Both the position numbers and the translations under genes were made by a program. The notes below the pieces were generated by a model. The model did no database searches. It was not told where the DNA came from and worked only from the letters and a program-made list of their open reading frames with translations. From an uncultured candidatus Porisulfidus sp. (lineage in GTDB: Bacteria; Pseudomonadota; Gammaproteobacteria; Poriferisulfidales; Poriferisulfidaceae): a stretch of DNA of 64,000 bases. Positions 20,320 through 31,836 of this stretch are shown here, one piece after another; within the stretch, counting starts at the first letter, position 1; each line of letters opens with the position of its first letter. The stretch is taken from assembly GCA_965199755.1 (NCBI GenBank), contig CBDASZ010000001.1:96001-160000 (forward strand), given 5' to 3'.

Positions 20320-21345
20320 ATGAAACTCCGCATTTTCGCAGTCGTTTTGCTGGCGGTGGCTGCATCCGCAGCTCAGGCGCGCGACCAGATCAACATCGTA
20401 GGCTCTTCCACGGTCTATCCTTTCGCCACCGTTGTGGCTGAAAAGTTCGGCAAAACCACCAACTTCAAAACTCCCAAGGTTGAAGCGACCGGCTCCGGCG
20501 GCGGTCTGAAGTTGTTCTGCGCCGGGGTCGGCGTCAACACGCCGGACATCACCAACGCATCGCGCAAGATCAAAGAAAGAGAGATTGAGCGCTGCAAGGA
20601 GAATGGCGTGGTGGACGTGACTGAAGCCAAGGTCGGCTACGACGGCATTGTGCTTGCGAACGCCAAAGGCGCGGAGCGCATGAATCTGACCCGCCGCGAC
20701 ATCTTCCTGGCATTGGCGCGTGAAGTGCCGAACCCGGATGGCAGCGAATCATTCGTCACCAATCCGTACACGACCTGGAAGGACGTCAACCCACAACTGC
20801 GCGACAGCAAGATCGAAGTGCTCGGCCCGCCGCCGACCTCCGGCACCCGCGACGCCTTCGCTGAACTGGCGCTGGAAGGCGGCTGCAAGAGTTTCGAATG
20901 GATCAAGGCCATGAAGAAGGCTGACCAGAAGAAATACAAGGCGCACTGCCATTCCGTGCGGGAAGACGGTCACTACATCGAAGCCGGTGAGAACGACAAT
21001 CTGATCGTGCAGAAACTCGCGGCCAACCCCAGCGCGCTCGGCGTATTCGGCTACAGCTTCCTGGATCAGAACTTCGAGAAAGTGCAGGGTTCGCTTGTCG
21101 ATGGAGTCGAACCAGATTTCGACGCGATCGCCGACGGCAGCTATCCGGTGTCCCGTCCGCTGTACTTCTACATCAAGAATGCTCACTTGGGTGCCATTCC
21201 AGGCATCAAGGAGTTCGTGGCTGAGTTTATGAGCGATGCGGCCAGCGGTACGGAAGGCTATCTGACTGAAAAGGGCATGATCCCAATGTCGGCGGAAGAG
21301 CGCTCCAAACTGGTGCCTTCGATCACCTCATTTACCCCCCTGTAA
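20320..21345 (+). CDS. pstS: phosphate ABC transporter substrate-binding protein
   Basis: IVGSSTVYPF, TGSGGGLKLFC, GPPPTSGTRDAF, YPVSRPLYFY. Confidence 0.93.
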   Translation: MKLRIFAVVLLAVAASAAQARDQINIVGSSTVYPFATVVAEKFGKTTNFKTPKVEATGSGGGLKLFCAGVGVNTPDITNASRKIKEREIERCKENGVVDVTEAKVGYDGIVLANAKGAERMNLTRRDIFLALAREVPNPDGSESFVTNPYTTWKDVNPQLRDSKIEVLGPPPTSGTRDAFAELALEGGCKSFEWIKAMKKADQKKYKAHCHSVREDGHYIEAGENDNLIVQKLAANPSALGVFGYSFLDQNFEKVQGSLVDGVEPDFDAIADGSYPVSRPLYFYIKNAHLGAIPGIKEFVAEFMSDAASGTEGYLTEKGMIPMSAEERSKLVPSITSFTPL

Positions 21346-21374
21346 TAACGCTCCTTTCACGCGATCTCTCGCGC

Positions 21375-21402
21375 AAAGAGCCGGCTTCGTCCGGCTCTTT
21401 TT
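21375..21402 (+). terminator. rho-independent terminator
   Basis: AAAGAGCCGG-cttcgt-CCGGCTCTTT plus T-run. Confidence 0.8.
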
Positions 21403-21504
21403 ATGCCCAGCACCCTTTATAATGACCCGCTTGCCTGCGGCGCACCCCGCACTGCCGGCAAGGCACCCTCACTTTATCCGTTCGCAGCCTGTCATCGTCA
21501 TCCT

Positions 21505-22470
21505 ATGAGCACCCTCGCACCCCACCCGGATGCGGTCATCTGGATGAATGGCCAGATGGTGCCATGGGCGGACGCCACCACGCACGTGCTGACGCACAGC
21601 CTGCATTACGGCAGCGGCGTGTTCGAGGGCCTGCGCGCGTTCACCACCGATGACGGCCCGGCAATTTTTCGCCTGAAGGAACACACCAGCCGCCTGTTTG
21701 AGTCCGCAGCCTGCGTCAGCATGACCATCCCGTTCTCCGAAGACGAGATCAATCAGGCTTGCGTGGACATCGTGAGCGTCAACCAGCTGGAAACCGCCTA
21801 CATTCGCCCGATCTGCTTTTACGGCGCGGAAAGTCTGGGCCTGCATGCCAAGGGACTCCACGTGCACACCGTGGTCGCGGCCTGGGAGTGGGGCGTGTAC
21901 CTGGGCGACGAGGGGCTTGAGCAGGGCATTCGCGTGTTCATCTCCTCAATCATCCGTGACCGCGTCAACGCGCCACTCACCAATTCCAAGATCTGCGGCA
22001 ACTACGTGTACTCCGCGGTGGCGACCGCACAGGCGAAAAGCGCCGGCTACGACGAGGCCCTGCTGCTAGAGACCGACGGGCGCATTTCTGAAGGCAGCGG
22101 AGAGAATCTGTTTCTGGTGCGCAATGGCATTCTGGAGACGCCGGAACCTGGCTCCGCACTCGACGGCATCACACGACGCACCCTGATCGCCATGGCGGAA
22201 GAAGAGGGCATCGAAGTGCGGGAGACCAAACTCATGCCGGATGACCTGCTGGGCAGCGATGAAGCCTTCTTCACCGGTACGGCGGCGGAAGTCACGCCGA
22301 TTCGCGAAGTCAACGGCCAGCCGATCGGCGATGGCAAGCGTGGCCCCGTCACCACGCGGCTGATGCAGCGTTATCAAGACATTGTCAGCGGTCATTCCGA
22401 ACCGCATCGGCACTGGCTCACCTACACACGCGGGTGCGCCCACCGCAATCATGCACCTGACTCTTCCTGA
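21505..22470 (+). CDS. ilvE: branched-chain amino acid aminotransferase
   Basis: HSLHYGSGVFEGLR, K.CGNY, EGSGENLF, LDGITR, FFTGTAAEVTPI. Confidence 0.95.
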   Translation: MSTLAPHPDAVIWMNGQMVPWADATTHVLTHSLHYGSGVFEGLRAFTTDDGPAIFRLKEHTSRLFESAACVSMTIPFSEDEINQACVDIVSVNQLETAYIRPICFYGAESLGLHAKGLHVHTVVAAWEWGVYLGDEGLEQGIRVFISSIIRDRVNAPLTNSKICGNYVYSAVATAQAKSAGYDEALLLETDGRISEGSGENLFLVRNGILETPEPGSALDGITRRTLIAMAEEEGIEVRETKLMPDDLLGSDEAFFTGTAAEVTPIREVNGQPIGDGKRGPVTTRLMQRYQDIVSGHSEPHRHWLTYTRGCAHRNHAPDSS

Positions 22471-23875
22471 CTTCGACACCATCCGCGCCCTGATCGTCGG
22501 CGACGCACTGCTTGATCAGTACTGGAGCGGCAACACCGGACGAATCTCACCTGAAGCCCCGGTTCCCGTGGTGGCCGTCGAGAACGAACAATACCGCATC
22601 GGCGGTGCTGGCAATGTGGCCGTCAATATCGTCGCGCTGGGCGCGCACGCTGCACTGCTCGCGCCGATCGGCCCCGATCAATCCGGGCGTACGCTAAGCA
22701 AGCTGCTGAAGTCGCACAAGATTGAAAACCGTATGATCGTGCAAAAAGACATGCAAACGCCGCGCAAACTGCGCGTGGTAAGCCAGCAGCAGCAACTGAT
22801 CCGGCTCGACTTTGAGGAACAGGCGCAATTCAATCAAACAGTATTCGAGCAGACCTACCGCTCCGCGCTCAATCACAGCAACGTGGTGATCCTGTCGGAT
22901 TACGGAAAAGGCGCGCTGAACGATCCCCAATCCCTAATCAAGATCACCAAGTCTCGCGGGGTTCCAGTCTTTGTCGACCCCAAGCGAGAAGACTGGGGAG
23001 CCTATGCGGGTGCCACCGTCATCACGCCGAACCGGCGCGAACTCGAAGCCATCACCGGCCCTCTGTCAGACCTCAAGGAAATTGCCGCGCAGGCCCAGAA
23101 GCTCTGCAAGAAGCACCGCATCGAGGCGATGCTGGTGACGCTGGGTGAACAGGGCATGCTCCTGCAGCAAGGCCGCAAGACTATCCATTTGGGTGCTACC
23201 GCGCGCGATGTCTTCGACGTCACCGGTGCCGGTGACACCGTCATCGCCACATTCGCTGCAGCATGGACCGCCGGACAAAGCCCTGAAGAAGCACTGCGAC
23301 TGGCCAATCTGGCCGCCGGTGAGGTGGTCGGCAAGTTCGGTACGGCCGCGGTCACACCAGCTGAACTGATCCACGCCGGGCGTCGTGAGCGTGCGCTGGA
23401 GACCGGAGTGGTGTCCCCGCACAGCCTGCGCCGTCTGGTCCACGAATCTCGCGAAGCCGGCGAGACGCTGGTATTCACCAACGGCTGCTTTGATTTGCTG
23501 CACGCGGGCCATGTCTCGCTGCTGGAAGAAGCCGCGACACTGGGCGATCGATTGATCGTGGCCATCAACAACGATGCTTCGGTGCGCCGCAACAAAGGCT
23601 CCAACCGCCCGATTCAGCCGTTGCAATACCGCCAGCAGGTACTGGCGGGTCTGGAGTGCGTCGACTGGGTGGTGCCGTTCGCGCAGAAAACCCCGCGCCA
23701 GCTAATCGACGAGATTCGCCCGGACGTGTTGGTCAAGGGCGCAGACTATCAGCCCGACGAGATCGTCGGTGCCGACACGGTCACCGCCGACGGCGGCAAG
23801 GTGGTTGTACTGCCCCTGCTCGAAGGCTATTCCACAAGCGAACTGGTACGCCGCATTTGCGAAAGCGACGACTGA
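22451..23875 (+). CDS. hldE: bifunctional heptose-7-phosphate kinase / heptose-1-phosphate adenylyltransferase
   Basis: RISPEAPVPVV, SDYGKG, DVTGAGDTV, FTNGCFDLLHAGHV. Confidence 0.96.
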   Translation: MHLTLPDFDTIRALIVGDALLDQYWSGNTGRISPEAPVPVVAVENEQYRIGGAGNVAVNIVALGAHAALLAPIGPDQSGRTLSKLLKSHKIENRMIVQKDMQTPRKLRVVSQQQQLIRLDFEEQAQFNQTVFEQTYRSALNHSNVVILSDYGKGALNDPQSLIKITKSRGVPVFVDPKREDWGAYAGATVITPNRRELEAITGPLSDLKEIAAQAQKLCKKHRIEAMLVTLGEQGMLLQQGRKTIHLGATARDVFDVTGAGDTVIATFAAAWTAGQSPEEALRLANLAAGEVVGKFGTAAVTPAELIHAGRRERALETGVVSPHSLRRLVHESREAGETLVFTNGCFDLLHAGHVSLLEEAATLGDRLIVAINNDASVRRNKGSNRPIQPLQYRQQVLAGLECVDWVVPFAQKTPRQLIDEIRPDVLVKGADYQPDEIVGADTVTADGGKVVVLPLLEGYSTSELVRRICESDD

Positions 23876-23878
23876 TCC

Positions 23879-24883
23879 ATGAGCCAACCGGAAGACCGTA
23901 TTCTGGTCGTCGCACAAGCCTGGGTGGGCGACATCATCTTCAGTCAGATGCTATACACGCAACTACAGGCACAACAGCCTCAAGTGCGCATTGACGTGGC
24001 CGCGCCCGCTTGGACGGAAGCCTTGCTGCAGCGCATGCCGCAAGTCCACCAGCACCACATCATAGACATTCCGCACGGCCGCCTGAAGCCGCACCGGCAA
24101 TGGCGTCTGGCACAACAGTGGCGCGGGCAATACACGCAGGCGATTGTCGTGCCACGCTCCGCGAAAGCGGCGCTGGCAGCCACGCTGGCCGGAATCCCGC
24201 GCCGGACGGGGTTCGCAAGCAACGGACGTCCGGGACTGATCAACGATGCTCGTCCGCGACCGGACGGCGTCATCGCCAGAATGCTGACTCTGGCGGGCGC
24301 GGACCCCTCCACTGAGGTCGCGCACCCAAAACTGGAGGTCGACCCGGATCGCGCACGAACAGTGATGCAGCGCTTCGGACTGGACCCGCAAGCCCGTTGG
24401 GTCGGACTGATGCCGGGCGCGGCGTATGGATCCGCCAAACAATGGGGAGTCGCCGCGTTTGCGGAGCTGGCCGCCCTGCTGATAGAGCAGGGTTATCGCG
24501 TCTGTGTGCTGGGCGGCAAAAAAGAACCACTTATGGGCGATCAGATTGCCACGGTCTCGGATTCCGTCGTCAATCTGTGCGGCAAGACCACACTGGATGA
24601 AGCGGTCGACCTGATCAGTGCGCTGGCTTGCGCGGTGTGCAACGATTCGGGACTGCTGCACGTGGCCGCCGCGGTGGACACCCCGACCGTCGGCATTTAC
24701 GGCGCGACCTCGCCGCACACGCATCCGCCGCTGAACCCGAACGCCTCAATCTGCTATGCCGACACAGTATGCAGTCCGTGCCAGCAGCGTCATTGCCCTT
24801 ACGAAACTCACGGTTGCATGCGCGCCATCACGCCGGAGCAGGTGCACATAGAAGTGTTGGCGCGAGTCCGCCCATTACAATAG
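23879..24883 (+). CDS. waaF: LPS heptosyltransferase II
   Basis: WVGDIIFSQ, PGAAYGSAKQW, NDSGLLHVAAA. Confidence 0.92.
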   Translation: MSQPEDRILVVAQAWVGDIIFSQMLYTQLQAQQPQVRIDVAAPAWTEALLQRMPQVHQHHIIDIPHGRLKPHRQWRLAQQWRGQYTQAIVVPRSAKAALAATLAGIPRRTGFASNGRPGLINDARPRPDGVIARMLTLAGADPSTEVAHPKLEVDPDRARTVMQRFGLDPQARWVGLMPGAAYGSAKQWGVAAFAELAALLIEQGYRVCVLGGKKEPLMGDQIATVSDSVVNLCGKTTLDEAVDLISALACAVCNDSGLLHVAAAVDTPTVGIYGATSPHTHPPLNPNASICYADTVCSPCQQRHCPYETHGCMRAITPEQVHIEVLARVRPLQ

Positions 24884-24930
24884 TCAGCCCGCGGCGAAGC
24901 CTGAATGATGGCGTGCTGCCTGGGGTATGT

Positions 24931-25018
24931 GCCGAGATGGCGGAACTGGTAGACGCGCCGGATTCAAAATCCGGTGGGGCAGCCCCCCGTGTGGGTTCGA
25001 GTCCCACTCTCGGTACCA
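24931..25018 (+). tRNA. tRNA-Leu(CAA)
   Basis: Anticodon loop TTCAAAA, variable arm, CCA end. Confidence 0.96.
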
Positions 25019-25048
25019 CCCCCCAACCCGACCGCCGGAACCAGACTG

Positions 25049-25354
25049 ATGAGCTACTATCGCACCCATGCCTTCTTCTGCGTCAATCAACGTGATGACG
25101 AGGCGTGCTGCCAAGATCATGACGCAAGCGCCATGCGCGAATACGCCAAACAGCGCTGCCAGGAGTTGGGCGTGCATGGAGCGGGACAGGTCCGAATCAA
25201 CCAGTCCGGCTGTCTGGACCGCTGCGCGGAAGGCCCGATTCTGGTGGTGTATCCCGACAACGTCTGGTATCGCTATAACACCCGCGAGGACGTTGACCGC
25301 ATTATCGAAGAGCATTTGATCGGCGGCTGTCCGGTGCTTGACCTGCGCCTGTGA
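25049..25354 (+). CDS. thioredoxin-like [2Fe-2S] ferredoxin
   Basis: HAFFCVNQR..CC, SGCLDRCAEGP.LVVYP..VWY. Confidence 0.9.
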   Translation: MSYYRTHAFFCVNQRDDEACCQDHDASAMREYAKQRCQELGVHGAGQVRINQSGCLDRCAEGPILVVYPDNVWYRYNTREDVDRIIEEHLIGGCPVLDLRL

Positions 25355-25359
25355 TAGCA

Positions 25360-26400
25360 ATGGAGACCCGCCCACTCGGTGATACAGAACTGCAGGTCAG
25401 CGCGCTGTGTCTGGGCACCATGACCTATGGCGAACAAAACACCCTGCCGGAAGCGCACCAGCAACTTGATTGCGCCTTCGAGCGCGGGGTCAATTTCATT
25501 GACACAGCCGAGATGTACGCCATCCCGCCGAGCGCCGAAACCCAGGGTCTCACCGAGTCGTATGTTGGGAACTGGATCGCCACAGGCCGCGTCCCGCGCG
25601 AGCAAATCATCCTTGCCACCAAAGTCGCCGGGCCTTCTGATCTCATGGCGTATCTGCGCGAAGGGCCGCGTCTGAACGCTTCGCATATTGAGCGGGCGAT
25701 TGATGACAGCCTGCGCCGTCTGTGCACTGACTACATTGACCTCTATCAGGTGCACTGGCCGGAACGCAACACCAATTTCTTCGGCGCACTGGGCTATCAG
25801 CACACCGAAGACGACCATGCGGTTGCGATCGAAGAGACCTGCGAAGCACTCGCGCGGCTGGTCGAATCTGGCAAAGTCCGCTACATCGGCATCTCCAACG
25901 AGACCCCGTGGGGCATGCTGGAATACCTGCGCCTCGCACGCGAACACAACATCCCGCGCATTGTGTCAATCCAGAACCCTTACAGTCTGCTGAATCGAAG
26001 CTTCGAGGTTGGTCTGGCGGAAATCGCCATTCGCGAACGCTGCGGATTGCTGGCCTACTCGCCGCTCGCCTTCGGACGGCTCACCGGCAAATACCCCGGT
26101 GATGCAGATGACAGTGCACGACTGAACCGCTGGCCGGAGTGGTTCACACGCTACAACAGCGAATCTGCGCTCGATGCCACCGAACGTTATGTGGCGCTGG
26201 CCCACGCGCACGGGATGAGCCCGGCCGCCATGGCGCTGGCGTTCGTCCGGCAACAGCCTTTTGTCACCAGCGTCATCCTCGGCGCCACCACCATGGAGCA
26301 ATTGACTGAAAATCTTGATAGCGCCGATCTGACGCTGGATGCGGCGCTGCTAGAAGAAATCAACGCCATTCACGAAGCCTTGCCGAACCCATCGCCCTGA
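25360..26400 (+). CDS. tas: NADP(H)-dependent aldo-keto reductase (Tas family)
   Basis: LGTMTYGEQN, DTAEMY, DLYQVHWP, SNETPWG, SIQNPYSLLNR. Confidence 0.9.
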   Translation: METRPLGDTELQVSALCLGTMTYGEQNTLPEAHQQLDCAFERGVNFIDTAEMYAIPPSAETQGLTESYVGNWIATGRVPREQIILATKVAGPSDLMAYLREGPRLNASHIERAIDDSLRRLCTDYIDLYQVHWPERNTNFFGALGYQHTEDDHAVAIEETCEALARLVESGKVRYIGISNETPWGMLEYLRLAREHNIPRIVSIQNPYSLLNRSFEVGLAEIAIRERCGLLAYSPLAFGRLTGKYPGDADDSARLNRWPEWFTRYNSESALDATERYVALAHAHGMSPAAMALAFVRQQPFVTSVILGATTMEQLTENLDSADLTLDAALLEEINAIHEALPNPSP

Positions 26401-26404
26401 ATCT

Positions 26405-27118
26405 TCACATCGGCGGCAACAGACGCGCCCCAGTCTCTTCAATCCAGGTGCGCACCCGATCATTCAATTCGCTGGCCTTCAATCCTTGGGAGGAAATCGG
26501 CGGCCCCACCATCACGGTGATTTCACCCGGACGCTTGACAAATCCTGGCGGCCAGAAATGTCCGGCGTTATGCGCCATCGGCACCACCGGCACCTCGTTT
26601 TGCGCGGCGAGATGCGCGCCGCCCATATGCCAGGTGCGACTCTCTCCAATCGGAATCCGCGTACCCTGCGGATAAATGATGATCACCTCGCCGTTCTGCA
26701 ATCGCGCACGGCCCTGCTCGGACATTTGCCGCAGACTGCGCCGCGGCGTGCCCCGGTTTATCGCGATCGGACGACAGGCCGCCATGCCCCAGCCGAAGAA
26801 CGGAATGCGCAGCAGCGCACGCTTGAGCACAAACACCGGCTGCGGGAACAGCACCGCCATCAGAATGGTCTCGAACGCAGACTGGTGGTTGGCCAGCACC
26901 ACATACGGGCCTTCGGCGGGAATGTTCTCGCGCCCCTCAACGGTATAACGAATCCCGCAGCAGACCCGAATCCACCGCAGCATGCTCACATTCCAGCGGG
27001 TCATCAACCAGTAGCCCGCGCGCGGTGGCAGCAGCCGCGACAGCGGTGCCAGCGAACCCAAAGTCAGGGAGACCAGGATCAACCCCAGATAAAACAACGC
27101 GGCGGATGCCCGCGCCAT
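26405..27118 (-). CDS. plsC: 1-acyl-sn-glycerol-3-phosphate acyltransferase
   Basis: NHQSAFET, IYPQGTR; gmhB-plsC synteny. Confidence 0.88.
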   Translation of the reverse strand: MARASAALFYLGLILVSLTLGSLAPLSRLLPPRAGYWLMTRWNVSMLRWIRVCCGIRYTVEGRENIPAEGPYVVLANHQSAFETILMAVLFPQPVFVLKRALLRIPFFGWGMAACRPIAINRGTPRRSLRQMSEQGRARLQNGEVIIIYPQGTRIPIGESRTWHMGGAHLAAQNEVPVVPMAHNAGHFWPPGFVKRPGEITVMVGPPISSQGLKASELNDRVRTWIEETGARLLPPM

Positions 27119-27125
27119 GTCGCAC

Positions 27126-27671
27126 TCAGCTGTCCAGTGACAGCAACTCGGTCACGAAGGCATGCAGACTGTCGTAGACCGGCACGTCTTTCGGGAACTT
27201 CTCGTCCTTTTCCGTCTCCGCGCCAAAACCGGTGCGTACCAATACAGGCTTCGCGCCTCCGGCCAAGGCCGCTTCGATATCGACCATACCGTCCCCTACC
27301 ATATACACCCCCTCGAGGCTTTCCATGCGGCTGCGGTGCATGATCTCATGCAGCAGGCCCGGTTTCGGCTTGCGGCACTCGCTGTTCGTTCCCGGCGCAT
27401 CCGGACAGAAGTAGATCGCGTCAATCCAGCCACCGTAACGACTCAGTGTGCCGTGCATTTTCATGTGAATGTTATTCAGCATCGCAATATCGATGATGCC
27501 GCGGCCAATAACCGACTGATTGGTCGCCAGCACCACGGTGTAGCCTGCTTCATTCAAGCGCGCCACCGCACTCATGCTGCTCTCGATCGGCTCCCACTCT
27601 TCCGGTGACGTGACATAGCCGTCCCGCTCTTCGTTGAGAACACCATCGCGGTCCAAAATAATCAGTTTCAT
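27126..27671 (-). CDS. gmhB: D-glycero-D-manno-heptose 1,7-bisphosphate phosphatase
   Basis: LDRDGVLN, TNQS, CRKPKPG, MVGD. Confidence 0.93.
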   Translation of the reverse strand: MKLIILDRDGVLNEERDGYVTSPEEWEPIESSMSAVARLNEAGYTVVLATNQSVIGRGIIDIAMLNNIHMKMHGTLSRYGGWIDAIYFCPDAPGTNSECRKPKPGLLHEIMHRSRMESLEGVYMVGDGMVDIEAALAGGAKPVLVRTGFGAETEKDEKFPKDVPVYDSLHAFVTELLSLDS

Positions 27672-27680
27672 CGTATTTCC

Positions 27681-29765
27681 CTAGTCTTGCAGGCGAGAAA
27701 AATCAGCCACACACAAAAACAGCTCCTGCACCTGTCTCAACAAGCACAACCGATTATGCCGTATTTGCGCGTCATCCGCCATAACCAGCACCTCATCGAA
27801 GAAGTTCGCGACCGGCTGTGCCAGTTCCAGCAAGCCTGTCAGCGCCGCGACATAACGCCCCTGCGCGCTCGCCTCCTGCACCTGTTCGCGCACCGCATCA
27901 AGTCCCTGCGCAAGCGCGCGCTCTTCGGCTTCCTGCAGCGCCTCTTCATGCAGCTCGCCTGAGCCCTCCGGAGCCTCGCGCAGAATATTGCGGATGCGCT
28001 TGTGCGTCCCAATGATCAAGGCCATCTGCGGCTGTCCTTTCAACTCCGCGACCACCTGCATGCGCCGCCACGCATCCAGTGGTCGATTCGGGCGCAACGC
28101 TAGCACCGCTTCGATCGTATCCTTGTCCTGGCCCTGCTCCACACCATAGCCGCGCATTCTGTCGTCCAGATATTGCATCACTTCTGCACTCGCCTCAGTG
28201 CGCTGCAGCGCGTCTGGATAACCGCGCACCGCCGCATCCACCGCATCGCTCAGATCCAAGTCGAGTTCGCACTCCACAATCAGACGCAATACGCCATAAG
28301 CCGCGCGCCGCACCCCCAGCGGGTCGCGGGTTCCACTCGGCGCTTCCTGCACACAAAACACGCCCGCCAACATATCCAGCCGATCAGCCAGCGCCAATAC
28401 TTGCCCGCCCTCGGAGGCCGGCAACACATCCTCCGCGCGGCGCGGCAAATAGTGCTCGCGGATCGCCGCGCAGATCGCTTCCTCTTCGCCATCCTCGCGC
28501 GCATATATCCCTCCGGCGATGCCTTGCAGTGTCGGGAAGGACTGCACCAGATCGGTGCCCAGATCCGCCTTGCACAAGTGCGCGGCGCGCACTGCCGGGT
28601 CCTGCGCGAAATCCAGCCCCTCAGCCAGTCGCGCCACCAGCACTTCAAGCCGCTGCGTACGCCCAAACAGGGTGCCCATCTTGCGATGCCAAACCACCCG
28701 CGCCAGATCATCAGTCCGGTCAGCCAGTTGTCGCCGACGGTCCCGCTCCAGGTAAAAGGCCGCGTCGCGCAGACGCGCGCGCACCACTTTCTCCGCGCCG
28801 GCAATAATGGCTCCAGCGGGGTCCGGCTGATTCGCCACCATCACGAAGTGAGGTGACAACGCACCACTATCGGTGCAGGTCGGGAAATAACCCTGCTGTT
28901 CTTCAAGCACCGTGCGAATGACCTCAAACGGCAGCGCCATATCCTCTGCATCAATCTTCCCGCACAACGCAACCGGGTACTCCACCCCCGCGCAACTGAG
29001 TTCCAGCCGCGCCTCATCGAAAGACACTGACGCCTCTTGCAGCGGCAATTCCGCGATCTGACACCGTACCTCTTCAGTGCGTCCCACCACCCACACCCGC
29101 CCCTCATCGCGCAAGCATGTCTCATACGCCTGTGCTGAAGGAATCTCACACTCTGCAGCACCCAACTGGCGATGACCGCGCGAGACGCGGGTGCTTTGCA
29201 CACCCAAAACCTCAGCCGCCACCACCTCCTCGCCGTACAGCAGCACCACCCCGCGCACCGGGCGCAGAAAACTCTCCTCTCCCTCGCCCCAGCGCATGCG
29301 GTTCTCAAGCGGCAACCCCGCTACCGCGCGACCGCAAATCTCAGGCAGCAATTCCTGACAACTGCACGCATCAATGCGCTGCGTGACGCTCAGCCACTCT
29401 CCCTTGTCGGTCTTCAGACGATCCTCACCGGCGGCCCAGCGCTTCATTTGCGCTTCATCCGCCTGACAACTGCGCGCGAACCCAAGCAGCGCCGGGGTCG
29501 GCTCCCCCTGCGCATCGAAGGCCGCGGACGCTTGCGGCCCCTTGCGGACTTTTGATGAGGCCTCGGTCGCGGGTGCAACCTCGCCCACACGAACGGTGAG
29601 CCTGCGTGCTGACGCGAACGGCTCAACCGGCCCCGCGAACACCAGTCCGGCACCACGCAGTTCACGGGTGAACGCCGCGGCAAAGGCCTCCTTGAGCGCC
29701 CCCAGGCTGCGGGCGGGAAGTTCTTCCGTGCCGAGTTCGAACAGCACGGGACGCGGCTCGCTCAT
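27681..29765 (-). CDS. glyS: glycine-tRNA ligase beta subunit
   Basis: [34 protein letters not shown]. Confidence 0.95.
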   Translation of the reverse strand: MSEPRPVLFELGTEELPARSLGALKEAFAAAFTRELRGAGLVFAGPVEPFASARRLTVRVGEVAPATEASSKVRKGPQASAAFDAQGEPTPALLGFARSCQADEAQMKRWAAGEDRLKTDKGEWLSVTQRIDACSCQELLPEICGRAVAGLPLENRMRWGEGEESFLRPVRGVVLLYGEEVVAAEVLGVQSTRVSRGHRQLGAAECEIPSAQAYETCLRDEGRVWVVGRTEEVRCQIAELPLQEASVSFDEARLELSCAGVEYPVALCGKIDAEDMALPFEVIRTVLEEQQGYFPTCTDSGALSPHFVMVANQPDPAGAIIAGAEKVVRARLRDAAFYLERDRRRQLADRTDDLARVVWHRKMGTLFGRTQRLEVLVARLAEGLDFAQDPAVRAAHLCKADLGTDLVQSFPTLQGIAGGIYAREDGEEEAICAAIREHYLPRRAEDVLPASEGGQVLALADRLDMLAGVFCVQEAPSGTRDPLGVRRAAYGVLRLIVECELDLDLSDAVDAAVRGYPDALQRTEASAEVMQYLDDRMRGYGVEQGQDKDTIEAVLALRPNRPLDAWRRMQVVAELKGQPQMALIIGTHKRIRNILREAPEGSGELHEEALQEAEERALAQGLDAVREQVQEASAQGRYVAALTGLLELAQPVANFFDEVLVMADDAQIRHNRLCLLRQVQELFLCVADFSRLQD

Positions 29766-30631
29766 GTCGCGCTCAACGGAAACCCAAGGGCTGCGCGCGA
29801 GGCATGGTGCGCCTCCGCGATCTGCTGCGCGCGACGACGAATACGCAAGATGTACTGTTGCCGTTCGGTGACCGAGATAGCCCCTCTGGCATCCAGTAAG
29901 TTAAACACGTGCGAGCACAGCACCAACTGCTCGTATGCCGGCAACGGCAGCGCCGCTTCCACCAGCCGGTCGCACTCACGCTCCTGCGCATCAAATTGCT
30001 GCGCCAGCGCCTCGGTATCCGCCTGATCAAAGTTGTAGGCCGACTGCTGCACTTCATTTTCATGGAACAGATCGCGGTAGCGCAGGGTCTCATCCCAGCG
30101 CAGATCAAACACGCTGTCAGTGTCCTGCAGGATCATCGCTACACGCTCCAGCCCGTAGGTGATTTCACCCAGCGTCGGGCTACATTCAAGACCGCCGGCT
30201 TGCTGGAAGTACGTGAACTGGCTGATCTCCATACCGTTGAGCTGCACCTCCCATCCGAGGCCCCAGGCACCCAGCGTCGGTGACTCCCAATCGTCTTCCA
30301 CAAAGCGCAACTCGTTGTCGTCCAGCGACAATCCGAATTCTTCGAGCGAGCGTACGTACTGCTCCTGAATGTCATCCGGCGATGGCTTCAGCACTACCTG
30401 GAACTGGTAGTAGCGCTGCAGGCGGTTCGGATTCTCGCCATAGCGCCCGTCCGTCGGGCGGCGACACGGCTGCGCGAACGCGCAATTCCACGGCTCCGGG
30501 CCAATCGCACGCAGAAACGTCTCAGGGTGAAAGGTCGCCGCGCCAATCGGCAGATCATGCGCGGGCAAAATCGCGCACCCCCTTTGCGCCCAGTAACTCT
30601 CCAGCCGGCGGATGATTTCCTGAAGCGTCAT
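29762..30631 (-). CDS. glyQ: glycine-tRNA ligase alpha subunit
   Basis: [31 protein letters not shown]. Confidence 0.98.
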   Translation of the reverse strand: MTLQEIIRRLESYWAQRGCAILPAHDLPIGAATFHPETFLRAIGPEPWNCAFAQPCRRPTDGRYGENPNRLQRYYQFQVVLKPSPDDIQEQYVRSLEEFGLSLDDNELRFVEDDWESPTLGAWGLGWEVQLNGMEISQFTYFQQAGGLECSPTLGEITYGLERVAMILQDTDSVFDLRWDETLRYRDLFHENEVQQSAYNFDQADTEALAQQFDAQERECDRLVEAALPLPAYEQLVLCSHVFNLLDARGAISVTERQQYILRIRRRAQQIAEAHHASRAALGFPLSAT

Positions 30632-30681
30632 GGCAAATGTGAAAGCGCGCTGTGCGGCTGAAATTCTATCAGGGTGGTTCC

Positions 30682-31836
30682 TTACAGCGCCGTCGCCACG
30701 CCAGATACCTGATGGTACTCGTCGGTAATGGCGCGATCGCTCAGACTCGCAATGTAGTCCGCCACTGCCCGTGCGCGTCCGGCCTCGCCGCGCGCCTCTT
30801 CCTTGAGTTCCGCGACAGTGCGGACATCCTCCCCCAGCAACTCAGCCGAATCCATCAGCCGCGCGAACAATCCTTCCAGCACCTGCACCGCCTGATCGCG
30901 GGTCTGCTCCAGCTCATCGTGTTCGTAATAACTTCGGTGCAGCAAGCGTGTAACCGGTGCCAGCATCTGGCGCATCTCCGTGCCGAAGGCGGCCAGATTC
31001 TCATCCTGCGCCCGTACCTCTTCCACTGACCCCGGTGCCGCCGCGGCAATCCGCGCAGCCGTGGTCTCGACCATATCCCGCAGCATGCGGTCGATCATGC
31101 GGCGATTGGTTTCGTGCAGCAGACTGTGCCGCGACAGGTCCGGCGCGAGCTGTGAGGCTTCCTCCCAGGCCTCCCCAAACAGCGCCAGTTCGCGGACTTC
31201 CTCCAGATCCAGAAATCCCAGCCGCAGGCCGTCATCCAGATCGTGATTGGTGTAACTGACAACATCGGCCAGATCCACCACCTGCGCCTCCAGCGTCGGG
31301 CGCTCCCCGCGCAGCAGACGCTCGCCAACCGCGCCGAGGTGTTGCGCGGTGTCGCGCGAACAGCGCTTCAGCAAACCGTCGCGCGTCTCGAAGTTCAGGT
31401 TGAGTCCGCGAAATTGCGCGTATTTGTGTTCCAGTTTCTCCACCACCCGCAGCGATTGCACGTTGTGCTCGAAGCCGCCGTATTCCTTCATGCAACGGTT
31501 CAGCGCATCTTCGCCAAAATGACTGAACGGCGTGTGACCGAGATCATGCGCCAGTGCCACGGCTTCCGCCAGATCCTCATTCAGCCGTAAGTTGCGCGCC
31601 ACCATGCGCGACAGCCGTGCCACCTCAATGCTGTGGGTCAAACGGGTGCGGTAATTCCCCGGCTTGTGCGTCACCATCACCTGCGTCTTGGCTTCCAGAC
31701 AACGAAACGCCGCCGCGTGCGTGATGCGATCGCAATCGCGCTGATACGGATCCCGGCGCGGGTCCTCCGCCTCAGGATAGTGCCGCCCCAAAGAGGATGC
31801 GGCGCTGACCGCGTACGGTGCCAGCCCGTCACTCAT
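30682..31836 (-). CDS. dgt: dGTP triphosphohydrolase
   Basis: [25 protein letters not shown] motif, FEHNVQSLR. Confidence 0.93.
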   Translation of the reverse strand: MSDGLAPYAVSAASSLGRHYPEAEDPRRDPYQRDCDRITHAAAFRCLEAKTQVMVTHKPGNYRTRLTHSIEVARLSRMVARNLRLNEDLAEAVALAHDLGHTPFSHFGEDALNRCMKEYGGFEHNVQSLRVVEKLEHKYAQFRGLNLNFETRDGLLKRCSRDTAQHLGAVGERLLRGERPTLEAQVVDLADVVSYTNHDLDDGLRLGFLDLEEVRELALFGEAWEEASQLAPDLSRHSLLHETNRRMIDRMLRDMVETTAARIAAAAPGSVEEVRAQDENLAAFGTEMRQMLAPVTRLLHRSYYEHDELEQTRDQAVQVLEGLFARLMDSAELLGEDVRTVAELKEEARGEAGRARAVADYIASLSDRAITDEYHQVSGVATAL

